Made by a program: the position numbers and the translations under genes
The notes under the pieces: model-generated
The model's database searches: none
The model's input: only the letters and a program-made list of their open reading frames with translations
Told to the model about the DNA's origin: nothing
Origin: the human T2T-CHM13v2.0 reference genome, Homo sapiens
DNA: 64,000 nucleotides
Assembly (NCBI RefSeq): GCF_009914755.1
Contig: NC_060936.1
Strand: one strand, 5' to 3'
Shown here: piece after piece, positions 14,034-29,100 of the stretch
Layout: each line of letters begins with the position of its first letter
How positions within the stretch are numbered: position 1 is the first letter of the stretch

Positions 14034-14449
14034 GAAAACAGAGCCTTAAGTGATGATTGTTTTGGAAATGGATATGTGAACGCTGCGCACCTTTACTTTG
14101 CAGCCAACTGTTCTTAGAGGATCCCTGGTGTTTAGTATTTTATGAGAAATGAACATGTAGCAAAAGTAAATTCAAGTTTAGAGACTAGAAAATGTCTAAT
14201 CAAACAATGTGAAAAATAGAAGAGGGCATTAATAGATGTAAAAGCAGAAATTAACTAAATTAAATTATGCAATCCCAATAGGAAAACATGGTTCTCCCTG
14301 AGTCTCTTCTGAAGTGCAGCCCACTCATTCCCACAGCCATGCTTCTTAGGTTGGGCAGTGGAATTCACAGACATGTGGATCATCCTAGACTCCACTGCAG
14401 AGTCCATTGAGTCATATCACTAATACCTCCTCCTCGGAGGAGTCTTGGG

Positions 14450-15870
14450 TCATCTGTCTACCCCTCCTCATTGTTTCACCTGCTGGGCTCCCAGCGACTC
14501 CTTTCCTTCATGGAAGACTTACTCCTGAGTGGTGGTCTTCTTTTTTGTTTTAAGCTGCTGGACAACTTCATGGATCATGACCATGACTTACCCAGAAGTC
14601 TGGGTTCTAGGGAACCATGGAAGTTCGGGTGAAAGTAGAAATTGACCTTATCATAACTTTCACCCCAACTCCCATGGTCAATCTGTGGCCGTGGTCATTT
14701 CTTAGAGTTACTCCAATTCTGAAAACACCCACATCCTCACCACATATCACCTATCCTTCCAACTCTTTCATTCTGATACTTCTTCTATATTTATTTTTCA
14801 AACTTCAGTTCCCTGACCATTTTATTTTCTCTTTTTCTGTATGCCTACTCCAGTCTTCACGTTCTTTCCTTTCCAGGTTAAATTACATGGTCTTCCACTT
14901 AGAGAAGTTTTTTGCCAATCTGTGTCACTTCCTGACCTCATTTTTACAAAGTTTGGCAAATTCTGAGTCTTGATAAATCTAGCTCTCTACTCTCTCTGTC
15001 CTATTCCAGGGCTATTGAGCACTTGTAGGAAAAAAAGGATATAAAACCATAAAGATTATACATTATAAACTTCTGGTTTGTAACCTCAACTAGGATCCCA
15101 CTACATCCTTCACACACACCTAGTGACTTCATCAGCTTCACAGAGAAAATACAAGTGTTTTGGTACAAATTCCCTTTATTTCCTACCAATATATCTGTAA
15201 CCTTACATGTACTTGTGTCCACCTTTTCTTTCTTTTTTACAGTAACTATGTGAGAGTTTTTCTTTCTCTTGCCTAAAACTTAACCCTTCATCTAAGATCT
15301 GACTCCTGTCTCCTCCTGCCTTCTCAGGAATATTGCTCTGTTGATTATCGCTACTCTTCCTTGCACTTTAATTTCTCCTGGACCTTTAAAAAATATCAGT
15401 TAAACAAGGCTTTTGAGGTCTTTCATGATCTGGCCTCTTCCTACCATCTCTTCCACATTTCACCTCTTAGTTTATGTCCTAGCTATGCATTTTTCTTTGA
15501 GTTCCTTGAGCACACGTTGTTTGCACTTATCTCTGGGATTTTGCACCTGCTGATCCTTCTTTCTGAAACATTATCTTCCCTTTCTCCTCCAATACTCATA
15601 TTTGAGTAATTTTTCATTTTATATCACTTTCTCTGGGAATCTTCTATCCTGAAAGTTTTGATTAGGCTTAGTTCTAATAGCTTCATTGCACCCTCTAATA
15701 GACTATTGTAGAACTTATTATTCTAAGATGTACTAAGAAATTTATTTTTCTGACCTTTCTCACTCTTGTTTCCTCCAACAAGACCAAGATTGTCTTGTTC
15801 AGTGTTGATTTCCTAGCATCTGGAACATGTCCGGCATAAGAAGCATTAAATATGTTTTTTTGTTGGATTG
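14450..15870. mobile_element. Degenerate L2 remnant
   Basis: Pyrimidine-rich L2-like sequence that ends in cctagcatctggaacatgtccggcataagaagcattaaatatgttt. Confidence 0.5.
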
Positions 15871-18861
15871 ATTAAAATCTTTGTCTGAATCTTTGGTCCT
15901 AAAGCATAGTATAGAACTTTAGGAAGCTTAATTGGACTGCATGGGAAATACATTTTGTGTGGTTTAGAGTCCTAAATTGTGCCATTTGTTAAGATTAAAT
16001 CTTGGAACTTGCCACTCAAGAAAGATGAAATTCACACCATCGGTGTCAAAGGAAAATGAGTCATAGAGAGGTTTTCATGTACACAGGCACATTTATTCTG
16101 CCCTGGTCCTCAACTAGAAAACATGGCCTAATGATGGTCTAGAATCTGACCAATCAACCAAGCATTTCCCCTCCTTCAAAATGAGTGAAGAGGGAGCTTC
16201 TTCCCCTAGAGACCAGTATAATAGTATAACTCAGTGGAGAAGGTTAATCAGTGAAACGGAGGACTAATATTTGAGCTCTGCTAATGCAATCCTGCTTGGG
16301 CAGCTTACTCACTTTGGATATATTCTTAACAAATACTCCCTACTTGAATAGTATGTTTATGAGTTGGGGAATTTGTAAAATTTTATATTTCACGTGGTGA
16401 AAGCAGGCAGTATAAAATACTTAACATGGATATTGAGTAGGGTAGGGTGGCCATATGTCCTGTTTTGTCTGGGACAGTCCCAGTTTAGGGCTGTTCCCCC
16501 TGCTCCCCAAGTGTCTGGTCTGGGTAAGCATGTGACCTGGATTTTTATATTTTAATGAAGTATTATTATTATTAATGGCTACATAAAAATAAACTGACAC
16601 ATTTTGGTAGACTTTCCCTTTGAATTTCTGCCATAGTCTGGTCTTGTAGTGAGAACTACTTTCACACATTTGGAATACAACTAGACTTAACTTTTCTTTC
16701 TTCTTCTTGTCTTTTCTAGGTGCAACTTGACTAACACCCCCCTTTCAAGAACAGCATGCAGGGCACTCCCTGATAAAAATAGTATATATATTGGGACAGT
16801 AAGAGACAGTGTTCACTTTCAGGTCTTGGAGGTGGTGGGAGAAGTATTTGATATTGCTCCCCTGTCAGCCACTTGGTGTGCCTTCCAGTTGTTCAATAGC
16901 CTGTTGAAATGAGCGGGGAAATGTTCAGTATATCAGGGCATAGGTTGATAGAGCCAGCGGGAAACTTGGGAAATTGTGCGAGATACGTGTAAAAAACAGG
17001 CTGATCAGTTACACGATAGACCTACAGAAAATAGCCTGCTTGTCCTTGCTACAGTAGTTTTGTCATCTATGATATGGTACAAATTTCACTTACTTATTTA
17101 TTTTATTGTTTGGTATTGCTTTTTAAATTGTGAACACTTTTGGCAGCAATGAACTAAAACAAAAAAACAAAAATTAAGTACCAGTATTCATTTTTTAGAG
17201 AAAGCTGTTGATGCATATAAAACTTCTACAAAATGTTGATATTTACCATCCACTTTGGAGATCATAGTGCTATCACTGACCACATGAAAGCCAGAAAGCA
17301 CAAGTTTGCTAAGGAAGTATTTAGTATCAACTCGCAGTTAGTAGTTATTTGAGAAGACAACGATTTAATACCTGCAGCTGCTGAAGCCACATTTTTGTAT
17401 TACTCCACAGAAGCACAACTTTTTGCTTAGATCAGATGGATATTCTAAATAATTTTTACAATTTTGAATTTCTGAGTTTTCTTGAGCATGTATGAAATGT
17501 GAACTTATAGCTGTTAATTTATTAGCTCCATTAATAAATGAACTTTGCAAATAGTTAAAAAATGATGATTTTATATCAGTGTCCTCAAGTGTTTTAAGTA
17601 GAAAATCAGTTAATTCTAGTAATGATTCTATTTTTTTTTTTTTTTTTGCAGCCAAGTCCTGGAATCAAAGTAAAGCTTTTGGAAGTTTATTTGACATTGT
17701 TGTTAATGCTATTTTAAAGTTAGTTAAAAGGTTTAATTTTGAAGACAAAATTATTTGTTTTTGTGGTGATAATATGAACAAGGTTTTTGGTATAACATAA
17801 TGTGTGGTAAATATTTTAAAATAAAAAAATCAATGGAGTAGAAAGTACCTGTGCTGTGTACTTGTGGTACACACGCAATTTAGAATTGAGGCCACGTAAA
17901 TGACAATATTCTACCGATCCAAATGTAGAGGGATAATTATCAAAATTTATAAATATATATGTGTATAATATGTATGCATGTATTATATATACATATATGT
18001 AAAGTGTGTCTATTTTATATGTTTTGTATATGTGTATGTGTGTATATATATGTAATTTGTGAGGAAGCTGATATCAGTCAACCTAAGTGTTTTACAATGA
18101 TACTAGAGTTAAAAAAAATTAGCAGAATAATTATTGTTATATATTCATGGACGTTAATCTGTGAATTGTTGAGTGTATTTTGTTTAAGAATCATTGTAAA
18201 TCTTTCATCAAAATATTCCAGTGCAGTGCTGAAAACTTCACCACTGGAATCTTTCAGTAAATTTCAATGATTGAAAACAAAGCTTGCAAACAAAAGGACG
18301 GTGAAATTTATCTGCACAAAAGCAAGTGAACAACTGAACAAATTAAATGATGAGTACTCAAATAGTTTACAAGGTTTAATCTTGAGATTTTAGACTATCT
18401 CAACCTTGTGGGAAGAATCTTTTGATAGAGCTTCTATATTTAAATTAATATATTGATACTGTATTCTGGAACTGGGTGAAATTGAGGCCTGTGATTTTTC
18501 AGCATCTAAATCTGGTGAAACATTCAAAGAACCATAATCAAAGATAACTTACCAATTCATCTTGTCTTTTAAAAATATTTGTTAAGCAATGCTACTCTGA
18601 ACAGGATAGAAAGACAGTATCTGTGAAAATATCTGGGCTAAAATCTTTACACATTTCAATGAGAAAAACTTAGACTAGAATATTCTTCCTGGCAGAATTT
18701 TTTGTTTACCATGTACTTCAGCAACTGTGTACAGAGTATTTTATCACCTAAAATATTCTGATCTGTAGAAAAGAGTTAATTGATGATGTCGACACGTTTA
18801 AATTTTTAAATCATAAAACACAACTTTGGCAAAGTTTATTGGCAATTTTAATAAAATATAA

Positions 18862-19447
<586 letters not shown>

Positions 19448-20332
19448 GTTTCTTAAAAAAAAAAAAAAGAAGAAAGAAAACCCAAGATCATATTGAAAAG
19501 AATGTTCTTCAGAATAAAACTGGTGACTTGGTGTTAGAGACAGACGTGACTGAGAAACGGATTAAAATCTGTGAGTATATACCCAGAGTAATTATTCTAC
19601 CGATGTTATTTTCTAATGTATGGTTTTGAAGCATGCTGTGTCTATTACATTACATTCTAGAAATTTCAACAATTGTACTTGAATTGTACTAAAATTTACA
19701 CAAATATATTAAGTGATAATTATTCTGTTATTTTCTGTGTTCTCTCTCTAAAAGTGTTTGGAATTAATGGTCTTCTAGAAATAGTCCACCTAGGACTCTT
19801 TAGGTGAGAGATGTTTAGTCACATTGCCTGACAATTTCTGGGATCTCTAAGATATTATCCAGTCATCAGAATCAATACATCAGAATGTTTAATCCCTTGA
19901 AATGATTCTTTGTCAGAGATAGTCCACTCAGGTCCCTAAAACTACAGCACTTGGTGCTGGCCTTGTGGCTCCAGGGTGTATTGTCTGAATCTTACTGTTT
20001 AGAAAAGGAGGAAAACATCAGTGAAACTTCCAGTGACAAAAGTATCCCTTTGTAGTCAGGTCTTACCCCTCTAAAGAGGGAGAAGCAGGATTTTTGGAAC
20101 TTCTGTTGCCAGAATCTATGCTTTATAGAAATCAAAAGGGATGGAGAATTCAGAAACAAAGCTTCATTGCTCTATTTCACAAAGCATCAAGCAATAATCC
20201 CAACCTTTCCTGACTTTCTGAGTTTTTGGATCATAGTTTGAAGCATACACTAATCTTTCAGTGGACTCAAATATTTAAAACATTTGACTTATTTTTTAAG
20301 AATGATTTGGCTGTCATACACATTGTTAAAGT

Positions 20333-20950
<618 letters not shown>

Positions 20951-21361
20951 ATTGTTAAAGTATCATATGAAGACCTTCGGCAAGGCTGAGACCTCCCTAG
21001 AGAGTGGGTCTGCAATAATCTGGGAAGCATACAAAGGATGGTTCATGGACACTCAGGGTATGGGAGATGGTCCAGTGTTGTTGTCATGGATATTTTTTAA
21101 AAATGCAGTTTGTGTAAAATTGGTCATATATTAGTTTAAATGAAAAGAAGTCTGTCACAGAGTCCTTAAGCACATACATAACTGTCCCACTCCTGCCTTC
21201 TTGGTGTCTGTACTTCTTCAACTGGCCATTGTTGGAGAAAATAATATGCTAGTTGGTCTTAGTTTAAATTGATTACTACAAATCTACACTGGGCACTTAT
21301 CATTGCCTATCAGTTCTACAACACTTCTCTAGTCAACATGTCTCTCTACTCGGCGGATGGA

Positions 21362-22432
21362 TGAGAAACCTGAAAGGTCCACCAAAAAAAAAACAAAAAC
21401 AAAAACAAAAACCTGTTAGAGGCTGGGCATGGTGGCTTATGCCTGTAATCTCAGCACGCTGGGATGCCGAGGCAATTGGATCATGAGGTCAGGAGATTGA
21501 GACCATCCTGGCCAGCGTGGTGAAACTCCGTGTCTACTAAGAATGCAAAAATCAGCTGGGCATGGTGGTGCCTGCTTATAATCCTGGCTACTCAGAAGGC
21601 TGAGGCAGGAGAATCTCTTGAACCAGGGAGTCAGAGGTTGCAGTGAGCTGAGATCACGCCACTGTACTCCAGGCTGGTGACAGAGCAAGACTCCATCTAA
21701 AAAAAAAAAACCTGTTAGAACTAATAAACAAATTTAGTAAAGTTGCAGGATACAAAAATGACCACACCAAAATCAGTTTCCTTTCTATACACTAACAATG
21801 AACTATCAAAAAAGGAAATTAAGAAATCAATCTCATTTATGATATTGCCTAAAACAATAAAATAATATAAAGGAAAGTCTCTCCAACAAACGGTGTGAAA
21901 AACTGGATAAATAAGTGCAAAAGAATGATATTGGATCCTTATTTTACATCATTCACAAAAATCTCCTAGACTGGATTAAAGATTTAAATGTAAGACCCCA
22001 AAACTATAAGGCTCCTAGAAGACAACACAGGGAAAAAGCTTCTTGGTATTAGTCTTGGCAATGGTTTATTGGATTTGACACCAAAAGTGCAGTCAGCAAA
22101 AGTAAAAAATAGACAAGTGGGGCTATATCAAACTAAAAAGCTGCTGCACAGCAAAGTAAACAACCAACAGAGTAAAACAGCAACCTATGGTATGGAAGAG
22201 AATATTTGCAAACCATATATCTAGTAAGAGGTTAACATCCAAAATATATAAGGAACTCCTACACCTCAATAGCAGGAAAACAAAGCCCTATTAAAAAATG
22301 GGCAAAAGACTTGAATAGACATATCTTCAAAGAAGACATACAAACGGTCAAGAGTTGTATGAAAAGGTGCTCTAATTATCAGGGAAATGAAAGTCAGAAC
22401 CACAATGAGCTATCACCTCACACCTGTTAGGA
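21362..22432 (+). mobile_element. L1 (L1MA/PB-like) ORF2 3' fragment with an internal deletion
   Basis: ctgttagaactaataaacaaatttagtaaagttgcaggatacaaaa...tatcacctcacacctgttaggatg. Confidence 0.8.
21421..21710 (+). mobile_element. AluSc-like SINE
   Basis: Full dimer. TSD aaaacctgttaga at 21408-21420 and 21707-21719. Confidence 0.9.
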
Positions 22433-25400
22433 TGCCTGCCAGAATGGTTTTTAAAATGCAAATATGATCCTGTCACTCCTTGCTTAAAACCTTCCAAAGC
22501 CTCCTAATTGCTCTTAGGGATAAAACTCTGATATTTAGCAGAGCAAACATGACCTTTCCTGATTTAGCCCCACCTAGGTTTTAGTTTTTTTTCCTCTCCT
22601 CAATCCCTCATTTGGACTTCATGCCTTTGATACAAGAATTTTTTTGAAAATTTCTCAGTGGATCAAGTTTTTCATTAGTTAATAACTTTTCCCGTGTTGC
22701 TGCTCTGAGAACCTTTGTCTTATTTTCGCAGTGTGTCTAAATCTACTCATCGTTTATGCCTCAAATTGGGAATCTCTTTCTACCTACAGCTTTTTCTGAA
22801 GTTCTCTGAATTCCCCCAATCCTTTCCAGCGTGGGCAAACAGTATTGGCTGTGGGCTTCCCTGGCACGCTGTGGAGGTGCTGTGTGAGGTTCTCTAGGAC
22901 AGGCCTCATGGGAAGTGTCAGAAGCAGGGTTAAGACACCTTGCCTGGCTTGTTGGTGAGCAGGCCTGCCCTATCTCAAAGGCTGCTTCTTGTAGGGGTTG
23001 GGAGATAGGGAGGAAGTTCCAGTAGGTTTGCAGGAGACACTGAACTCAACACGAAGTGGAAATAAAGTGATCGGGAATTGCAGGGCCTAGGAGTCAGCCG
23101 GTCCTCTAATTAAGAATGTTCAGGAGGAGATTCCTGGCAGTGTTGGGGTAGAATGGGGTGGAGGAGATAGCAGGAGATGGGACAGGATTTCTAGACTTGG
23201 GCCCCATTTATCCATTAGGTAATTTTTGTTTTCAGGCACTGATTATGGAGGGGGAAATGTGTAGATTCCTATTCTTAAAGGATTCATAGTCAGCATTAAA
23301 ATTGATATAAAGAATTTGTGATTGCTCTGGATTCTTAATGGGGGATCTCCCAAAAGAGAGAGAATGAGGGTCTGATGTACTTTAGGGTCAGTGTGTAAAG
23401 GGCATGTGCTGGATAAATATTCAGAGGTGCCGTGGACTTTGGAGTTACTTACATGAGAGAAGTAGGGGAAATGGGTAGGTCCTGCATGTCTGAGGGCTTG
23501 AGTCTGGGAAACACTGGTGTGTGTGAGTGTGTGTGTGTTCGTATGTGTGAATGTGTGTGTCTGTGTGTGTATGTGTATGGATGGGTGGGCAAAGAGAAAA
23601 GCTCTGAACCCAGGACCCCAATAATCTCCAGCAGCAGAGCCTTAGAACAAACCATTGCAAACTTTGGAACTGCGTGTCTTTTCTAAGAGGAAATCAGATA
23701 TCTGACAGTAACACCAAAACTGCCACAAAGCAGGGTCTTTCTAAACATCATTACTTATCATTTGCCCAGTCCTCTTGTTGCCTCATTCCTGACTTCAAGA
23801 GTTAATGGTAAACCATTTACAGAAATGGAGATTTGAGACATAAGGGCATGTATTCTGTGGCATTTTCCCCCATTATATACATTAGGTCTCAGATGCAATG
23901 TCATTTTAAAATGTAAGGGAAAGGAAGAAATTGAATGTGCCTGTTAGGTGGATACTCTTTGGAGCCTGTCAGAAAGAAGACTCCTCCCCTCTCGTGTGTC
24001 CTGTTGAAAGCCTCTTCTCCACTAAGCCATCTTAGAGCTGATAAATAGCCATCTATTTGCAAAGTTGGATATCCTCAACCCGTTAGACTTTCCTGAACAA
24101 CTTTACCCATTCTTCTGCCTTCTCCCATGCAGACCTTGCCTGGGAGTGGGAGGAGTAAGAGACTCCAAAAAGGAGAAAATGACTCCGACTCATTGAGGTC
24201 CAGATGTAGACAGGTTGTGTCTATGAGGGCCATCTTAGCATGACTGCTGTGATTGATGTGACTGGTCTCTGCCAAGCTGCTTCACTCCCCTGACACCCTT
24301 GGCTCCTCAACTTGGCCTCGTAGGGGATAGGTAACTGGAAGGCAATGGAGCTGAATTTTTACTAGATGCCTCAGAAGATCCTTCAAGAGTCAACATGGGC
24401 AAATCTTGGTCTTTTGTGGGTTGACTTGATTTTTGTAAACAGCTGTAACTAGTTTGTGGAGCAGTTTGAACTTGGTGTGGTAAATATATCATTGTTTTAT
24501 TTTTCCTGCAATCATTGCCTCCAGGTATGCTCTGTCAAATCTTCCTTTCCTGTTTTTTAATGGCACACTGGGAAGATCCCATGACTTTCTAGTCATTTGG
24601 TTATTAAGGTCTATTCTTGAAACTTTACTATCAAGCTCATTATAAACCTCATCTTCTTTCCTCCTCCCAACACAGGCTAGACAAGAGGCAGGTGTGTGGT
24701 CTGGTTCTCGGATACCTAGTATCTGCTAGACAAATGAAGTCCCAGCTACATTTTCTGTTCAACTCTACCTAACGCTGTTTCCTGTAGCTCCCCCTCCAGC
24801 TGTTGGGCACTGGAGTCAGAGAAATTAGTTTAGTAAGATTCCCCGCCTCAAAAACTTTACAGCCTAGGAATGAAACTGAACTTAATGTAAGAATTTGAGA
24901 TCAATGTAACCTGTGCTAAGAAGCCCCTAGAAGAGAGGGACAGTAGTTTAGGAATGTGGGGCTAGAGAAAAGGGTATGTGTTGAATAAACACAGCAGTTT
25001 ATTCAACTGTAAGGACAAGATCAGCTATTCAACTGTAAGGACAAGATCTGGCTCCTGGCTGAACGTGGGGATTATGGGTGAGGGAGAGGGTGGCATGCCC
25101 ACGGGATTCAGTGTGAGTGGCTAGCAGGGTAGCATGATCTTGGCAGGAATGGAGGAATCCGAGGTGTAGTGGAGGTGGGGTGTGTGCATGCACTGGTGAG
25201 TGCACCACTACAGGCAGAGGTGGGTACTGCATTCTCAGTCTCCAAAGTCAGTCTTGTTAGATCCCTGAAAACACAATAGGGCAAGTCCTACTGAGCATGA
25301 GCCTTTTCTCAGATGGAAATTAGCCCTCAGAGTTCCCAACTCAGAACTTGCAGCAAGAAATTACCTCTCCAGCTCCAGCCCTGCTTGCCTTTCTCTCCTC

Positions 25401-25575
25401 CTAAAGCCGAGGAATTGAAGGGGAATGAGCTTAACAGGAATGAAGGGGAAGGGGCAGGGGGCTGTTTGGTCAAGACTTTTTCATTAATTTAAAAAAGGTG
25501 GCCCAAGTTCAATATCAGTCCCAAATGGGGTAAGAGGTACAGGCATAGGATGAAATGGTTAAAAACATACCCTTT

Positions 25576-26110
<535 letters not shown>

Positions 26111-29100
26111 CTAGATCCTTCTAGAAGCTCCTCATCTGATGGAGGAGACACTTTGCATATCCAAGACACAGATATTAATTGTTATTACACGAGCCATCTC
26201 ATACCCAGCACTTTGACTTCACGGTCTTTCTATCAAGCACCTGTAGGCACTGCAGTGGAGGCTGTTTCCCTGATTGGATGCAAGCCAACCAGTCACCTTG
26301 GTCAAGGTCACTGGGTATGACCAGAAGGCAAAGAGGCTGAATTTTATATGCACTTACCAGAAAAACACCTTAGATAAATGTCTTAGGCTTTCAATTGTCT
26401 TGGAGTAACACATTATGGACCTATAAAGTCTGAGTTGATGTTTGGAAACAGTCAAATGGCATTGCCATTTAATGGTAAGGAATAAGAGGAGAGAGATTTA
26501 AATTGAAAACAGGGCTTGGCTACACCATGCAAGCCTTTCTGGTTTGCATGGCCTGCTAAAAAGGTTCTAAAAGTTATTATAAAAGGGAGGTCCTACAAAT
26601 ATTTTTGGAGCAATGGCTGCTTTTTTGGAACAAGTGCTTTACCTCTTAGAGTGACTAGTTTGAGGAGGATAATGGCCACTTAGGAGTTCTGGTTTATTTG
26701 TGACAAAGCTGTGCTTCTCACCTTGCCATCTCATGTCTTGGACTTGGCTTTAGCAAAGCCACTGACATATTTAGTGAAAGCTAAACTTCCTTGTCCCAGA
26801 GGGATGGGGAGCTGAGGCATCATTAGATCCTGGGAAATTCTGAGGGAGGCAATGAATTTTAGGGGGCTTCCTGAAAGAAGAAACCTGTGTGGCAGCAATG
26901 GATATGAGGGCAGGTAGAAGTGCGGGCCTCTGGAAAACACTGCTCATTGTGAGTCTTGGATGTAGAAGGGGAAGGGCAAAGCCAGGATAAATAGGCTTAG
27001 TGGTATTGATTTTAAGTGAAGAACAACATAGATGTGAGGTGGAAGGAGTCGTCTAAAGAGTGGGATGGTTTATTTTATGGGAGGCTGTTATAAGACAGAG
27101 TCCTAAACAGGAGAAAAGAGTCACCTGTTTGCTCTGTCTTTATCTACTTTTGGCAATCGGAGACAGTTCCAAAGAACTGATGGGCCTGAGTTAGGTCTGG
27201 GTCCTTGCCAACCTCCCGTCCTCCTGACCCACCCCTTAATACCTGGGGGCACCAGGGATTCAAGCCCAGATACAGGAGTTGCCAATTCCGTTATGGAAAT
27301 GACTTGGACAGGTACAATTTTTATGTTCCTGTTAGTTCACTTGTGAGCTGGGGTTGGGGAAAAAAGAATTGCCCAGTGGGGTATGAAGGACACAAGAGTT
27401 CCTATTCCCTGCTGAGATTCCAGGAACTCAGGAGGTCATTGTGTCCTGAAATGTCCTAAATGGCCACAATCCCTGCTGGGTTCCCTCTGGTTTTCTCTTG
27501 AGTTGGATTCCATTCCCTCCCACTCTTCCTCTCCTGAGGGAGTCACAAGGAATGGGCCAGCTGGATGTATGGAGGGATTCAGCTTCATTCATGATTCAGA
27601 GATAGAGGGGTGGGGGCTTAGGTGGATATCATTCCATCCACACCTATTAGACAGCCCAGAGGAGGGAAGGAATGTGCCTGTCTGCTGTGTAGCAGAGTGT
27701 GTTGTGCACAGTGGAGCTGGGTGAGTTCTTTACTCTGGCTTTACGTCTTGCTGTAAGTGCGTAGCTTTTCTGTAAAGGTGTATGCTATGGCTGTATATTT
27801 ATAATGTATCTATCTCAAGTCTGGGAGTCTCCTTGTCCTCTAATCTTCTTTAATCTCTCTTTTTAATACATGAAAAATCACATATAGGAGAAGACCAGCC
27901 CACTCTTCCCAAATATCTGCAGATCCCTGGGGGGCTTTTGAATGATCATCTCTCCCTATGATTTCCTCTTCCTGCACCACTGTTATTCTCATTGGTACCT
28001 TGTTCTCTGCAGCTATTCTGTCAGCTTTGAATCCCCACTGCCCCCATACCAGACTTAGTCTCCTTTCTCTGAGTCCCCCCTGTTGTGGGAGACAAGTTCT
28101 TGCTGAAGGCTTGGGTTGACATCACAGCATGACAAACAATTTTGTATTGACTATTAATCACTCACAGCCTAAGTTTATTGGCCATGGCTGACAGAATTTC
28201 TCACTATCCAACCTCCTCTCAGACCTCGTCCTCCCACGAGGCTTCTCTTCCTGGACTGTCTCCTGGCTATTGTCTCTCACCTCTGGCCCCTTTTGTAATT
28301 TCTTTCACTTTTTGAGGACACTCATTCATTTACAAAACAAGTATTTATTGAGTGCTTACCACCTGCCAGGCACTGGTCTGCACACCAGTTAGTTTAGTTT
28401 TCCTGTCTCCTGTTGCCTAGGAGAACCTTAGTCCTCTCCAGCAAAGACCATTCAGAGGTGCTCAGGATGTATTTGTAAGAAAAAAAAAAGACAGAAAGAA
28501 AGAAAAACAAAGACAAAGCCCCCCAAAAAACAAAATAATGAAAAACATCTGTCCCTGGATGAAAGCTGTCAATCTCCTACATGACAGGAGGTCTGTAGTC
28601 AGTTATTTTTGTCATGGTTTTTTAAAGTCTCTAGAGTCTATAATTAAGATGGAGGTACTAGGGGTAGTGAGAGAGAGAGAGAGAGTGTGTGTGTGTGTGT
28701 GTAAGGACTGGGAGAATAGGCAGGGTCCCACTGAAGGGTGAGGTGATTCCCTGGTAGTGGTCGATAGCATTTGTTCATAGCAAGATCTGAAACTGACCGT
28801 AGGCTCCCGTCCTCATCTCTCCCCAGCCCCTGGTGTGCTCTTAGCCCTCTGGCTGACTGCCTGCCCAGGACCGGTGCTGTGGGTCCAGTGCTGCACAGCT
28901 GATCTTATGGGGGGTGGTAAGGTGGTCTATTAACTGTCACAGGGGAGTAGACTGTGCATTGACAAGCTCCTGGGTGGTGAACGGGAGCTCCCAGGTAGGG
29001 AGCAAAGCGAAGTCAGGGAGGTTTCTGCCCATCCTTTCAGGGGAGCTTGGGAACAGCGATTTTGGGAGGCAGGAAGTAGAATGGAGCTGTGGCTGTGAGC

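Larger units (their letters stand above)
11160..14270 (+). mobile_element. Old L1M ORF1 to early ORF2 remnant (copy A)
   Basis: A-rich degenerate ORF1-like and endonuclease-region sequence, interrupted by a tRNA fragment, an MLT1 LTR and an L1PA. No intact ORF. Confidence 0.6.

Noticed and set aside
26525-26551. ccatgcaagcc/ggtttgcatgg hairpin as a possible miRNA precursor
   Set aside because: The stem is far too short and imperfect; compatible with chance.
26575-26590. TATAAAAG TATA-like box
   Set aside because: Isolated motif with no supporting downstream exon or other promoter evidence.
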